Source of the DNA: an uncultured bacterium
Lineage (GTDB): Bacteria; Krumholzibacteriota; Krumholzibacteriia; Krumholzibacteriales; Krumholzibacteriaceae
Direction: 5' to 3'
Assembly: GCA_963786935.1 (NCBI GenBank)
Contig: CAWBAN010000004.1
Coordinates: forward strand, 128,001-192,000
Length of the DNA stretch: 64,000 nucleotides
Positions 1 through 9,622 of this stretch are shown one piece after another. A program made the position numbers and the translations under genes. The notes beneath the pieces are model-generated. The model did not search any database. It was not told the origin of the DNA and was given only the letters and a program-made list of their open reading frames with translations. Within the stretch, counting starts at the first letter, position 1; every line of letters starts with the position of its first letter.

Positions 1-1419
1 GCGATCCTCGTCACGGTGAATCCCGCGTACAAGACGCATGAGCTCGAGTATGGGCTCAAGAACGCCGAGGTGCAGACGCTGATTCTCATCCCGCGGTTCA
101 AGAGCTCGGAATACGCGCAGATGATCAATCAGATCATCCCGGATCTCAAGAGCTCGAAGCCGGGCGCGCTGGAGTCGAAGGCGTTCCCGCAGCTCAAGAC
201 CGTCATCATGATCGGCCCGGAATCCCATCCCGGCACGATGCCGTGGGCGGAGTTCATGCGCAAGGGGGAGACCGTTTCAGACGGCGAGCTCGCCGAGCGC
301 ATGGCCGACTGCGACTTCGACGACGTCATCAACGTGCAGTACACCTCGGGGACGACGGGGCTCCCGAAGGGCGCGAGCCTCACGCACCACAACATCCTCA
401 ACAACGCGCACTTCGTCGCCGAAGGGATGCACTTCACCGACAAGGACCGGCTCTGTATCCCGGTGCCGCTCTACCACTGCTTCGGCATGGTGCTCTCGAG
501 CCTCCTCTGCGTGACGCACGGCGCGACGATGGTGTTCCCGTCGGAGTACTACGACGCGCTCCTCGTGCTCCAGGCGGTCGAGAAGGAGCGCTGCACCGCG
601 CTCCACGGCGTTCCGACGATGTTCATCGCCGAGCTCGAGCACCCCGAATTCAAGAAGTTCGATCTCACCTCGCTCCGCACCGGCGTCATGGCCGGGGCGC
701 CCTGCCCGATCGAGCTCATGAAGCGTGTGAACGACGCGATGCACCTGACCGAGATCACGATCGGCTACGGCGAGACCGAGGCCTCGCCGATCGTCACGCA
801 GACCCTCGCCCGCGACACGCTCGAGCGGCGCACCGAGACGGTCGGCCCCGCGATCCCGCACACCGAGCTCAAGGTCGTCGATCCGGCGACGGGGAAGACC
901 GTGCCGGTCGGCGAGCAGGGGGAGATCTGCGCACGCGGATACCAGATCATGCGCGGCTACTATAATAACGAGAAGGCGACGAAGGAGGCCGTCGACGAGG
1001 CGGGCTGGCTCCACACGGGGGACATCGGCCTCATGCGCCCGGACGGCGCCTTCAAGATCACCGGCCGCATCAAGGACATGATCATCCGCGGCGGCGAAAA
1101 CATCTACCCGCGCGAGATCGAGGAGTTCCTCTACACGAATTCCAAGATCCGCGACGCGCAGGTCATCGGCGTCCCCGACCGCAAGATGGGCGAGGAGATC
1201 TGCGTCTGGATCCAGCTCCGGGAAGGGGAGTCGTCGACGGAGGAGGAGATCAAGGAGTGGTGCAAGGGTCGCATCGCCCACTACAAGATCCCCCGCTACG
1301 TGAAGTTCGTCACGGAGTTCCCGATGACCGTCACGGGGAAGATCCAGAAGTTCAAGATGCGCGAGATCTCGATCCGCGAGCTCGGCCTCGAGGACGTCGC
1401 CAAGATCAAGATGGCGTGA
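1..1419 (+). CDS. AMP-binding (fatty) acyl-CoA synthetase, 5' end outside the window
   Basis: Motifs YTSGTTGLPKG, YGETE, GWLHTGD, GRIKDMIIRGGENIYPREIE and C-terminal GKIQKF; frame is open from base 1. Confidence 0.93.
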   Translation, partial: AILVTVNPAYKTHELEYGLKNAEVQTLILIPRFKSSEYAQMINQIIPDLKSSKPGALESKAFPQLKTVIMIGPESHPGTMPWAEFMRKGETVSDGELAERMADCDFDDVINVQYTSGTTGLPKGASLTHHNILNNAHFVAEGMHFTDKDRLCIPVPLYHCFGMVLSSLLCVTHGATMVFPSEYYDALLVLQAVEKERCTALHGVPTMFIAELEHPEFKKFDLTSLRTGVMAGAPCPIELMKRVNDAMHLTEITIGYGETEASPIVTQTLARDTLERRTETVGPAIPHTELKVVDPATGKTVPVGEQGEICARGYQIMRGYYNNEKATKEAVDEAGWLHTGDIGLMRPDGAFKITGRIKDMIIRGGENIYPREIEEFLYTNSKIRDAQVIGVPDRKMGEEICVWIQLREGESSTEEEIKEWCKGRIAHYKIPRYVKFVTEFPMTVTGKIQKFKMREISIRELGLEDVAKIKMA

Positions 1420-1422
1420 ATT

Positions 1423-1594
1423 GGCGCGGACACTTCGCTCCGAACTCAGTCGCAGAGCCTCCAATGAGTTCGTCGCGAAGTGTCCGCGCCCTGCACAGTC
1501 GCGGAGCCTCCAATGGGTTCGTCGCGAGAGTGTCCGCGCCCTCGGCGCCCTGCCCAGTCGCGGCGCCTCCAATGCGCTCGTCGCGGGAGTGTCC
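1423..1594. repeat. Repeat family A: one complete hairpin copy (1423-1490) plus two partial tandem copies
   Basis: Core CAGTCGCRG-GCCTCCAATG-G-TCGTCGCG occurs three times; 1435-1478 is identical over 44 bp to 63503-63546. Confidence 0.9.
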
Positions 1595-1635
1595 AAGCCT
1601 CTCGCGTGCGCCGGAAACTTGGCGCGCATTACATC

Positions 1636-4008
1636 TCATTGAAACGCCATGGCCACCCTGAACCGCTCTTCGGCGGTGAGGATGTGATCGGCATCCAGCG
1701 CGGCCTTATCGATGTCGATCTCCAACCAGTTGATCTGGCCGTTGAAGGCATTGCCCCGCGGCCCGTAATCCGGCGAAACGGGCGAGCCCTCTTCGACGCC
1801 CACGTCCGCCGTCTCGTCGGCGGAGAAGGCGAAGGGCTCGGTCATCTCGACGCGGCCCTCTCCCGTCTTTTGGCCGTCGGTGTAGAGCGATACGGTGCCG
1901 CCCTTGGCTGGGCCTCCACCGTCGTAAGCGAACTCCATCCGGACCTGGTGCTTGCCGGCCGGGATTATCTTGGCGCCTTCGACGAAGAAATGCCTGAGCC
2001 CAAGGAAGTTGTAGCAATACTTGAGCTTGCCGTCTTTGGCGTAAAGGCTGAAACCGCCGGTGAGGCCGCCCCAGGCGAAAATGACGCCTTCGGCCCGGGC
2101 GTCCGGGATGACCACTTCTGCCGTGAGGGCGAAGGTCTTGTTCATGAGGGAGAGGATCGCGTGAGTTGACAGGCCCTTCATCCCGCCGAAGAGCATCTGC
2201 CGGCTGCCGTGGATGAGTTGAGGCCGCCCGGCGACATCCGGATTGAAGCGCTCGGCAAGACGGTCATCGATCGGTATCACGTTATACTTCGCGGCTTCGA
2301 TCAGCCAAAGGCGCTGGAGCTCGCGGAGCTTCTCCGGCATCTTCTTGGCCAGGTCGCGGGACTGGGCCCAATCGGTGTTCGTGTCGTAGAGCTCCCAGAC
2401 GTCGTCATCGAAAGCGCGGGTCTTGATCGCGCCCACCTCCCAGGGGATGCGGTGCTGGGTGACCGCCGTCCAGCCCTTATGGTAGATGCCGCGGTTGCCG
2501 ACGATCTCGAAGTACTGTGTCTCGTGCCGCTCCGCCGCCTTGGCGTCGTCGAACGAGTAGAGCAGGCTGAAGCCTTCGTACGGCTTCTGCTGGATGCCGT
2601 TGACGAAGGTCGGCTCCGGCAGGCCCGCCGCCTCGAGGACCGTCGGCGCCACGTCGATCACGTGGCCGAACTGGCTGCGGATCTCCCCCTTGGCCTTGAT
2701 GCCCTTGGGCCAATGGACGATGGTGCCGTTCCGGGTGCCGCCCCAGTGCGAGGCGACCTGCTTGGTCCACTGGTAGGGCGTGTCCATGGCGTGCGCCCAG
2801 CCCACCGCATAGTGGTTGTAGGCCTCGGGGCCTCCGAACTTGTCGATGTTTTTCTTCAGAAATTCCGGAGTTTCCAGATGGGCGAGCCCGTTGAGCGGGA
2901 TCATCTCGTTGAACGTGCCCTGGAGTGTGCCTTCTCCCGAGGCGCCGTTGTCGCCGATGATGTAGAAGATGAGCGTGTCGTCCAGGATCTCCAGGTCCGC
3001 CAGCGCGCCGATGAGCCGCCCGACATGGTGATCGGTGTGTTCCAGGAATCCGGCGTAGATCTCCATCTGCCGGGCCAGGATCGGTTTCATTTCGGGCGAA
3101 ATGTCGTCCCAGGCCGGTATCTCCGGGTGGCGCTTCGTGAGGTCGCAGTCGGGCGGGATGACGCCCAGCTTCTTCTGACGGGCAAAGGTCTCTTCACGCA
3201 GCTTGTCCCAGCCCTGATCGAACTTCCCCTTGTACTTGTCCGACCATTCCTTCGGGACGTGGTGCGGCGCGTGCGTCGCCCCCGGCGCGAAATACATGAA
3301 GAAGGGCTTGTCCGGCACCAGGGATTTTTGCCGGCGGACCCACTGGATGGCCTTGTCGGCCAGATCTTCGGTAAGGTGGTATCCCTCTTCGGGTGTCTTC
3401 TTGAGCTCGACCGGCGTTATGCCCTCATAGAGCGACGGATAGTACTGGTTGGTCTCGGCGCAGATGAAACCGTAGAAATACTCGAACCCGCTGCCTGTCG
3501 GCCAGGCGTCGTAGGGGCCCGCGGGACTGGTCTCCCAGCAGGGCACCTCGTGGCACTTGCCGAACTGGGACGTGGCGTACCCGTTGAGCTTGAGCGTTTG
3601 GGCCAGGGGCGCGCAGCTCTTCGGACGTATCGAGCAGTTGCCCGGCGCCGAAGTGGCCATCTCGGTGATGCCGCCCATGCCGACCGTGTGGTGGTTGCGC
3701 CCCGTGAGGAGCGCCTGGCGCGTCGGCGAGCACAGCGCCGTCGTATGGAAGCGGTTGTAGCGGAGCCCGTTCGCCGCGAGGCGTTCCGCGGTCGGCGTGT
3801 GACACGGGCCGCCGAAGGCGCTCGAGGCGCCGAACCCCGTATCGTCGATCAGAATGACGAGCACGTTGGGCGCCCCCTGGGGCGGCCGCAGCGGCTCGAT
3901 CGGCGGATACTTCGTATCCGGGTCCTTGGCGTCGTAGGTCGTCAGACCCACGTGCTGCCTGTCCGGGATTGGCAGGACCTGTCTTTGAATCTTGTCAGGC
4001 GAACTCAT
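1636..4008 (-). CDS. Arylsulfatase (Cys-type formylglycine sulfatase), no signal peptide
   Basis: PNVLVILIDD, ALCSPTRQALLTGR, GKCH and DNG motifs; start MSSPDK follows a GGAGG RBS. Confidence 0.93.
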   Translation of the reverse strand: MSSPDKIQRQVLPIPDRQHVGLTTYDAKDPDTKYPPIEPLRPPQGAPNVLVILIDDTGFGASSAFGGPCHTPTAERLAANGLRYNRFHTTALCSPTRQALLTGRNHHTVGMGGITEMATSAPGNCSIRPKSCAPLAQTLKLNGYATSQFGKCHEVPCWETSPAGPYDAWPTGSGFEYFYGFICAETNQYYPSLYEGITPVELKKTPEEGYHLTEDLADKAIQWVRRQKSLVPDKPFFMYFAPGATHAPHHVPKEWSDKYKGKFDQGWDKLREETFARQKKLGVIPPDCDLTKRHPEIPAWDDISPEMKPILARQMEIYAGFLEHTDHHVGRLIGALADLEILDDTLIFYIIGDNGASGEGTLQGTFNEMIPLNGLAHLETPEFLKKNIDKFGGPEAYNHYAVGWAHAMDTPYQWTKQVASHWGGTRNGTIVHWPKGIKAKGEIRSQFGHVIDVAPTVLEAAGLPEPTFVNGIQQKPYEGFSLLYSFDDAKAAERHETQYFEIVGNRGIYHKGWTAVTQHRIPWEVGAIKTRAFDDDVWELYDTNTDWAQSRDLAKKMPEKLRELQRLWLIEAAKYNVIPIDDRLAERFNPDVAGRPQLIHGSRQMLFGGMKGLSTHAILSLMNKTFALTAEVVIPDARAEGVIFAWGGLTGGFSLYAKDGKLKYCYNFLGLRHFFVEGAKIIPAGKHQVRMEFAYDGGGPAKGGTVSLYTDGQKTGEGRVEMTEPFAFSADETADVGVEEGSPVSPDYGPRGNAFNGQINWLEIDIDKAALDADHILTAEERFRVAMAFQ

Positions 4009-4031
4009 TGCAGCCCCTCCCATTCTTGAGA

Positions 4032-4427
4032 CTATTCAGTTGCCGAAATCCGCGCCGGTTTGCGGAGCAAAGCGATGAAGCACCAGACGGCCATAACCGC
4101 ATGGACCAAAACGGCCGGCCAGAAACCGGTCCCGTAAAGCCCCAGGCCGGTGCCGGCGTACAAGAGGACGCCGGTGCCGCCGCCGTTATACAGCAGCATG
4201 GCGCCGACCATCCCTCTCGTGGCGCGGCTTTTCCCCTCGTTGCGGAGGAGCCAGCAGGCGACGGCCATGGCGAGCAAGGCGATCCCGGCCACGCGGGCGA
4301 TGACCGGCTCGATGGGCGTGCCGAACGGTGATCCAAGCAGGATTTCCCCAACAACCGAAGGCACCGCCAGCATTCCCAGGCCGGCTCCAAACTCGATAAC
4401 GGCAAGCGCAGCTAAAAGCGCTTTCAT
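4032..4427 (-). CDS. Small integral membrane protein (about 4 TM) between the sulfatases
   Basis: 131 aa with four hydrophobic segments; GAGAGGG RBS; co-oriented with both sulfatases. Confidence 0.75.
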   Translation of the reverse strand: MKALLAALAVIEFGAGLGMLAVPSVVGEILLGSPFGTPIEPVIARVAGIALLAMAVACWLLRNEGKSRATRGMVGAMLLYNGGGTGVLLYAGTGLGLYGTGFWPAVLVHAVMAVWCFIALLRKPARISATE

Positions 4428-4499
4428 CGTATCCCTCTCATTCCTCTCGCGTCTTGGCCTTACGGCCGGGCTACCGCCCCGGAGCAGGCATTCGCGAGT

Positions 4500-6854
4500 T
4501 TATTGCCGGGCCATGATCTTTTTCATGGTCAGCTCGTCGTCCTTGATCACCTGGCCGCTCACGTCCACCGTGACCTTGTAGAGCGTGCCGGTGAACGGGA
4601 ACGGCGCCTTGTAATCGGTCGTGACAGGTGAGCCCACGTCGGCACCCACGGCCAGGCCGCCGCCCAATCCGTATGACATGGGAGTCGTAACGGCCATCTC
4701 GATCTGGCCCACCAGCTTCTTGTCGATATAGAGCTGGGCCCGGCCGGGTGATCCCTTGCCCGCGCGGATATCGGGCTTGCCCGTCGGCTCGAACTCGAAC
4801 CTCAGCTCATGGCGTCCCGCGGGCACGTTGTCCTTGGACCGGACGATCGTGATTTCCTTGCCGACATAGTTATGCACGTAGCACAGTTTCCAGTCCTTGA
4901 CGTAGAAGGAGTATCCCCCGTCGACGCCCCCGACCGAAAACAGCACGCCTTCGGCCCCTCCCTTTGGAATCTCCGCATCGGCGGTGATGCTGTGCGGCCG
5001 GTTCAGCGTGACGACGTTGCCGCTTCCCGAGATGGGCTGCGTGTTCGGATAATACGTGTAGCTGCTGCGGTCGACCGCGATCTGGGGGCGCTCGTCCATG
5101 GCGCGCAGCATGACGCGGCCGTCCACGGGCAGGACGTTGTACTTGCCCGCCTCGACGTACCACTGGGCCACCATCTCGATCAGCTTGGCCCGGTTCTCCG
5201 CGGCCACGTTGTGGTTCTCGGCGAAGTCCTCGGCCACGTGATAGAGCTCCCAGTGATTCGCGTCGAGCTCGGTGAGGGTGGCGGCGGGGATGGGCTCGCC
5301 GAACGGCTTTTCGGCTTCGGCGAACGACGGGCCCGGCCACGGGCAGACCGCGCGCCAGCCGTCATGATAGATGGAACGGTGGCCCATCATCTCGAAATAC
5401 TGGGTGACGTGCCGCGTCGGCGCCTTGGCGTCGTCGAGGACGTGGGCGAAGCTCAGACCTTCGATCGGCGATTGAGTGACGCCCCTGACCGTCGCCGGGG
5501 CCTCGATCCCCAGAAGCTCCAGCACCGTCGGGACCATGTCGATGGCATGGGCGTACTGCGTGCGGACCTCGCCCTTGGCCTTGATGCCCTTGGGCCAGTG
5601 GACGATGAACGGGTCGCTGATGCCCCCGCGATAGGTCTCCCGCTTCCAGCGGCGGAAGGGCGTGTTGCCTGCCCAGGTCCAACCCCACGCGTAGTGGTTG
5701 TAGTACTTCGGCCCGCCGAGGTCGTCCAGGGCTTTCAAGTTATCTTCCAGGGACTCGGGCACGGAGTTGAAGAACAGGTTCTCGTTGACCGAGCCGGTCG
5801 GGCCGCCCTCGGGGCTGGCGCCGTTGTCGGAGATGAACATGATGAGCGTGTTGTCCCATTCGCCGATCTCTTTCAGAAACGCGAACAGGCGGCCATAGTG
5901 ATAATCAGTGTGGGAGAGGAATCCCGCGAACACCTCCATCATGCGCGCGTAGAGCTTCTGCTCGTCCGGTGAGCACTTGTCCCACGGCTTGACGTCGGGG
6001 TCATGGCGCGAGAGTTCGGCATCCCGGGGGACGATACCCAGCTTCTTCTGATTCTCGAAAACCATCTCCCTGTATTTGTCCCAGCCCATGTCGAACTTGC
6101 CCTTGTACTTGTCCGCCCACTCCTTGGGCACGTGGTGAGGCGCGTGCGCGGCGCCGGGGCAGAAATACATGAAGAAGGGTTTGTTCGGCGCATTCTGCTT
6201 GGCGTCGGCGATGAAGCTGATGGCCTTGTCGGTGATGTCCTCGGTGAAATGATAGCCCTCCTCCGGCGTCTTCGGCGGGTCGACCGAGTGATTGTCGTAG
6301 GTCAGATCCGGGTAGTACTGGTGCGCGTCGGCGCCGAGAAAGCCGTAGAATCGTTCGAACCCGCGGCCCAGCGGCCAGCGGTCGTACGGTCCCGCCCCGG
6401 AAGCCTCGGTGGCCGGCGTGAGATGCCACTTGCCCAGGGCAAAGGTGTTGTAACCGTGCTGGAGCAGAATCTCCGACAGGAACCCGTTCTCGAACGGGAT
6501 GTACCCGTTGCTGCCGGGAAAGCCGGTGGAGCCTTCGGTGATGCAGGACATGGCGTTGGAATGGTGATTGCGACCCGTCAGGATGCATGAGCGCGTGGGC
6601 GAACAAAGGGCCGTGGTGTGCATGTTGTTTAAGAGCAGCCCGTTCTTGGCCAAGGCGTTGATGTTGGGCGTCTCGATGGGGCTGCCGTAACATCCCATCT
6701 GGCCGAAGCCCGTGTCGTCCTGGACGATGAAGAGGACATTCGGCGCGCCCTCCCTGGCGCGAAGCGGTTGGGGCCATGCAGGCCGCGAGACATCGACGGT
6801 ACGGCCGACGACCCCCGTGAATCCTGATCCTGGCTTATACTCTTTGAGCGCCAT
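4500..6854 (-). CDS. Arylsulfatase (Cys-type), paralogue of 1636..4008
   Basis: PNVLFIVQDD, ALCSPTRSCILTGR, GKWH and SDNG motifs; GGAGG RBS. Confidence 0.93.
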   Translation of the reverse strand: MALKEYKPGSGFTGVVGRTVDVSRPAWPQPLRAREGAPNVLFIVQDDTGFGQMGCYGSPIETPNINALAKNGLLLNNMHTTALCSPTRSCILTGRNHHSNAMSCITEGSTGFPGSNGYIPFENGFLSEILLQHGYNTFALGKWHLTPATEASGAGPYDRWPLGRGFERFYGFLGADAHQYYPDLTYDNHSVDPPKTPEEGYHFTEDITDKAISFIADAKQNAPNKPFFMYFCPGAAHAPHHVPKEWADKYKGKFDMGWDKYREMVFENQKKLGIVPRDAELSRHDPDVKPWDKCSPDEQKLYARMMEVFAGFLSHTDYHYGRLFAFLKEIGEWDNTLIMFISDNGASPEGGPTGSVNENLFFNSVPESLEDNLKALDDLGGPKYYNHYAWGWTWAGNTPFRRWKRETYRGGISDPFIVHWPKGIKAKGEVRTQYAHAIDMVPTVLELLGIEAPATVRGVTQSPIEGLSFAHVLDDAKAPTRHVTQYFEMMGHRSIYHDGWRAVCPWPGPSFAEAEKPFGEPIPAATLTELDANHWELYHVAEDFAENHNVAAENRAKLIEMVAQWYVEAGKYNVLPVDGRVMLRAMDERPQIAVDRSSYTYYPNTQPISGSGNVVTLNRPHSITADAEIPKGGAEGVLFSVGGVDGGYSFYVKDWKLCYVHNYVGKEITIVRSKDNVPAGRHELRFEFEPTGKPDIRAGKGSPGRAQLYIDKKLVGQIEMAVTTPMSYGLGGGLAVGADVGSPVTTDYKAPFPFTGTLYKVTVDVSGQVIKDDELTMKKIMARQ

Positions 6855-7139
6855 CTCGACCTCCCTGTTCTATTCGTATCTACCGGTGTGTTACCCAGGT
6901 ATCTTCCGTCGTCCGCCGTGTCCTCGCGGCGTCCGGAGGAGCGTCATTATCGCATTTGAACAGGCCTCGACGCCGAGTCCTGCACGGGTCGATCCGCATA
7001 CTGATGACTGGTAGCCTATCGGTGCGTAACCCCGGATGAAGGATCGGGGCTTCAGTGTAAACGACCGTAGACAAGAAGTCAAGTGCAGCAGCGGCCGCAA
7101 CCTGCAACGATTTTAAAGTAGAAGCTCGCTCCGATACGA

Positions 7140-7368
7140 CGATGCCGGCCTTTTCGGCGAGGCGCACGAGGTCGGCCACCGATTCAGCCTCCATCTTCTG
7201 CATCACGCGGCTCCGGTGCACCTTGATCGTCTTGATCGCCGTGCCGAGCTCGAACGGGATCTGCTTGTTCAGCATCCCCTTGATGGCGCGCTTCATCACT
7301 TCCAGCTCTCTCGGCGTGAGTGCGCCGACGCGTTTCTCCATCTCCTTCTGAAGGTCGATGCCGCTCAT
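7140..7368 (-). pseudogene. Truncated FixJ/LuxR-type response regulator (HTH only, receiver domain missing)
   Basis: LTPRELEVM...GMLNKQI..ELG...KTIKVHRSRVMQKMEAESVADLVRLAEKAGI matches a FixJ C-terminus; the transposase remnant lies directly upstream and the frame reads on without a normal stop. Confidence 0.75.
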
Positions 7369-7369
7369 G

Positions 7370-7901
7370 CCCGGATGATCAGTTCGACGGCAATGAAAGC
7401 GCTTGGCTCAAAACGAGGCGCATGCGATGGGCTCAGCTCATCCGGAAGGTCTGGCAGGAGGATCCGCTCCTTTGTCCCCGCTGCGGAGGGACAATGCGGA
7501 TCATCTCGTTTATCACCGAACAAGGTGTTATCGACAAGATACTTCGGCACATCGGGTTCAAGCACGCCGAAACGCCGCCTCCGCGCTATCATCCTCCGCC
7601 CCAGCTCTGCCGGTCGCCTCTCGGGTGAGCCGGAAACTCCACGCACATGGCTTCATCTTCCCGCCCGCGCCGGGCGAAGCCTGCCCGGGCGGGGCACCCG
7701 CCTTGCACCCCGCGCCTGTTTGTCCGCCCGGGGGGTGATGATTTCTCAGCAGAAGCCGTCGGCGGCTCGATAAAGCCGGCCCGCCAGCGATCCGGAGACA
7801 CCCCCCCAGGGCCCACATGAGCGAAATTGCGTCGGGCTGACCCCGTCCGGCCGCCGCACCGGCCGCGCAAGGATCTTGACACGGAATCGAATTTCCTATA
7901 C
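7370..7901 (+). mobile_element. IS91/ISCR-family remnant: transposase C-terminus (to 7628) plus oriIS end
   Basis: WAQLIRKVWQEDPLLCPRCGGTMRIISFITEQGVIDKILRHIG resembles the C-terminal CxxC region of IS91/ISCR Y2 transposases; GAATTTCCTATAC at 7889-7901 resembles the oriIS terminus. Confidence 0.75.
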
Positions 7902-7904
7902 AAT
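7876..7904 (+). promoter_or_regulatory. Near-consensus sigma70 promoter overlapping oriIS
   Basis: TTGACA (7876-7881), 17-bp spacer, TACAAT (7899-7904). Confidence 0.7.
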
Positions 7905-8079
7905 CTTGCACCAACGTCCTGAAAGGTTACTGGGGGGATCCCCGCGCCAGACCTGGAAGCGTATCTGCCCCTTGGTGTCATCTGCACTCCCACCTCTTCC
8001 GCGAGTGGTTCCTTCGTTCCTTTTATTTCCGCATCAAAGCCGGTCACGATTTGTTCCTTCGCAAGAGAAAGGGGTTGCC

Positions 8080-9543
8080 ATGAAGCCATACACGACGGGC
8101 GCAGCTCTTACGGGCACTATGTTTGCGGGTGCTGTCTTTTGCGTGCTCCTCAGCATCCTCTTCCCATCTGTGCCGGCGTGGGGGCAAGAAAGATTGGCGT
8201 TGATGAAGTCCCGAGGACCTGAATTATCCCTTACGATCCTCCCCGTGGTCGTTGTTGGGACTCCCTACGAACGGGTGTCGGAGGTTGTCGGTCTTCTTCT
8301 TGAACAACGGGGACTTAAGAACATGGAGCTTGGGAAGACCGCCTTCGAGCCCGGAGCCGTCGCACAGATGGCGCCGCTCGCTGGCTCCGTCGGTCAGTTC
8401 GTGAAGAAGAGCCCGATTGCCACGGGCTATGCGTTGTACGCGGAGTACACTGGCAATCGTCAGACGGGGATCGACGGAATCCGGGCGATCGTTGTTGACA
8501 GCACTGGTGCAGTTGTGTGGACGGATTCACTGGGGCCGAATGACCAGGCAGCGAAGAACGTTAGTGACCGTGATCCGATGGGCTTTTCCCTCTTGCTGGT
8601 GGAGCGCCTCGGTCCCCAGTTGGGTCTCAACGAAGAAACGGCGAAGGCTGCAAAACCCGGCAAGTTTGCTCGGCTCATGGAAGAAAGAAGCGGACTGCCA
8701 CCCGAAAATGAACGGGCTGCTCTTCTTCAACGGCAGAAAGAGCTGAGAAATCTGAGGAAGAACCTTACATTGATAATCTTTCCGGCCCGGGTGGCTGATG
8801 CGGCCGACACGACAACCGTGACCGAACTCGTCAAGATGATCACCGACGCGGGCCTCTGCAAGGCCGCACCGGCGCCTCAGGCTTTGTTGCTGAAGGCTTC
8901 CCGTGGGGATCCCAATGAATTGAAGGTCCTGTGGGATCTTGCACGGGAGTTCCGTGAGTATGTTCGAAACAATCCACCGACCGCAGACTACGTTCTGTAT
9001 GCAGACTACGGTCTCAATCCGCAGACCCGGGAGGTGGGATTTGTGCATTTCGTTGTCTGCGACAGGAAGGGAGAATGGGTGGTCGTAGATATGCAGAACT
9101 CGCTTCACCCGGACTACCAGAGCGTCAAGCCGACTTCGAGCAAGGGGTGTAGCGCCCTGCTGGTCAAGCGTCTGGGGACCTATCTGAAACTCTCCGCGTC
9201 AGACCTGGTGCGGGAGAAGATTAAGACCTCCGGGATCGAGGCTGCAGTGGCGGCATTTCATGAGGCCCAGGCCAAGCCGGATGTGTACTATGTATCTGAA
9301 CAGGGGATCAACGAACTCGGATACGAATACCTTCAGGCGAAGCGGCACAAGGAAGCGATTGAGGTGTTCGAATTGAACGTCGAGGCTTTTCCGGGGTCGT
9401 TCAATGCATATGACAGCCTGGGAGAAGCATACGCTGCAGCGGGGGAGAAGGATCTGGCCATCAAGAATTATGAAAGGTCTCTGCAGTTGAACCCGAACAG
9501 CCAGGGCGGAATCGAAGCGCTCAAGAGACTAAAGGGGAAATAG
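8080..9543 (+). CDS. Exported protein with two similar alpha/beta domains and C-terminal TPR repeats
   Basis: Signal peptide ending PAWG-Q; TPR segment INELGYEYL...AIEVFELNVEAFPGSFNAYDSLGEAY; visibly lower GC than neighbours. Confidence 0.8.
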   Translation: MKPYTTGAALTGTMFAGAVFCVLLSILFPSVPAWGQERLALMKSRGPELSLTILPVVVVGTPYERVSEVVGLLLEQRGLKNMELGKTAFEPGAVAQMAPLAGSVGQFVKKSPIATGYALYAEYTGNRQTGIDGIRAIVVDSTGAVVWTDSLGPNDQAAKNVSDRDPMGFSLLLVERLGPQLGLNEETAKAAKPGKFARLMEERSGLPPENERAALLQRQKELRNLRKNLTLIIFPARVADAADTTTVTELVKMITDAGLCKAAPAPQALLLKASRGDPNELKVLWDLAREFREYVRNNPPTADYVLYADYGLNPQTREVGFVHFVVCDRKGEWVVVDMQNSLHPDYQSVKPTSSKGCSALLVKRLGTYLKLSASDLVREKIKTSGIEAAVAAFHEAQAKPDVYYVSEQGINELGYEYLQAKRHKEAIEVFELNVEAFPGSFNAYDSLGEAYAAAGEKDLAIKNYERSLQLNPNSQGGIEALKRLKGK

Positions 9544-9575
9544 GACAGCTTGGCGGTCTTTATTCCCCGGGAAAA

Positions 9576-9622
9576 TGTAAAGCCACTTATCGATTATGAG
9601 TGACATCGGTAAGTGGCTTTAC
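9576..9622. terminator. Long inverted repeat after the TPR gene (terminator or stabilising hairpin)
   Basis: GTAAAGCCACTTATCGAT...ATCGGTAAGTGGCTTTAC. Confidence 0.55.

Noticed and set aside
1423..1594. Tandem repeats as a CRISPR array
   Set aside because: Only three degenerate units, no unique spacers of constant length, no cas genes; the unit recurs as dispersed hairpins
6860..7130. Riboswitch or ncRNA upstream of the sulfatase operon
   Set aside because: No recognisable aptamer consensus by eye; an Rfam scan would be needed
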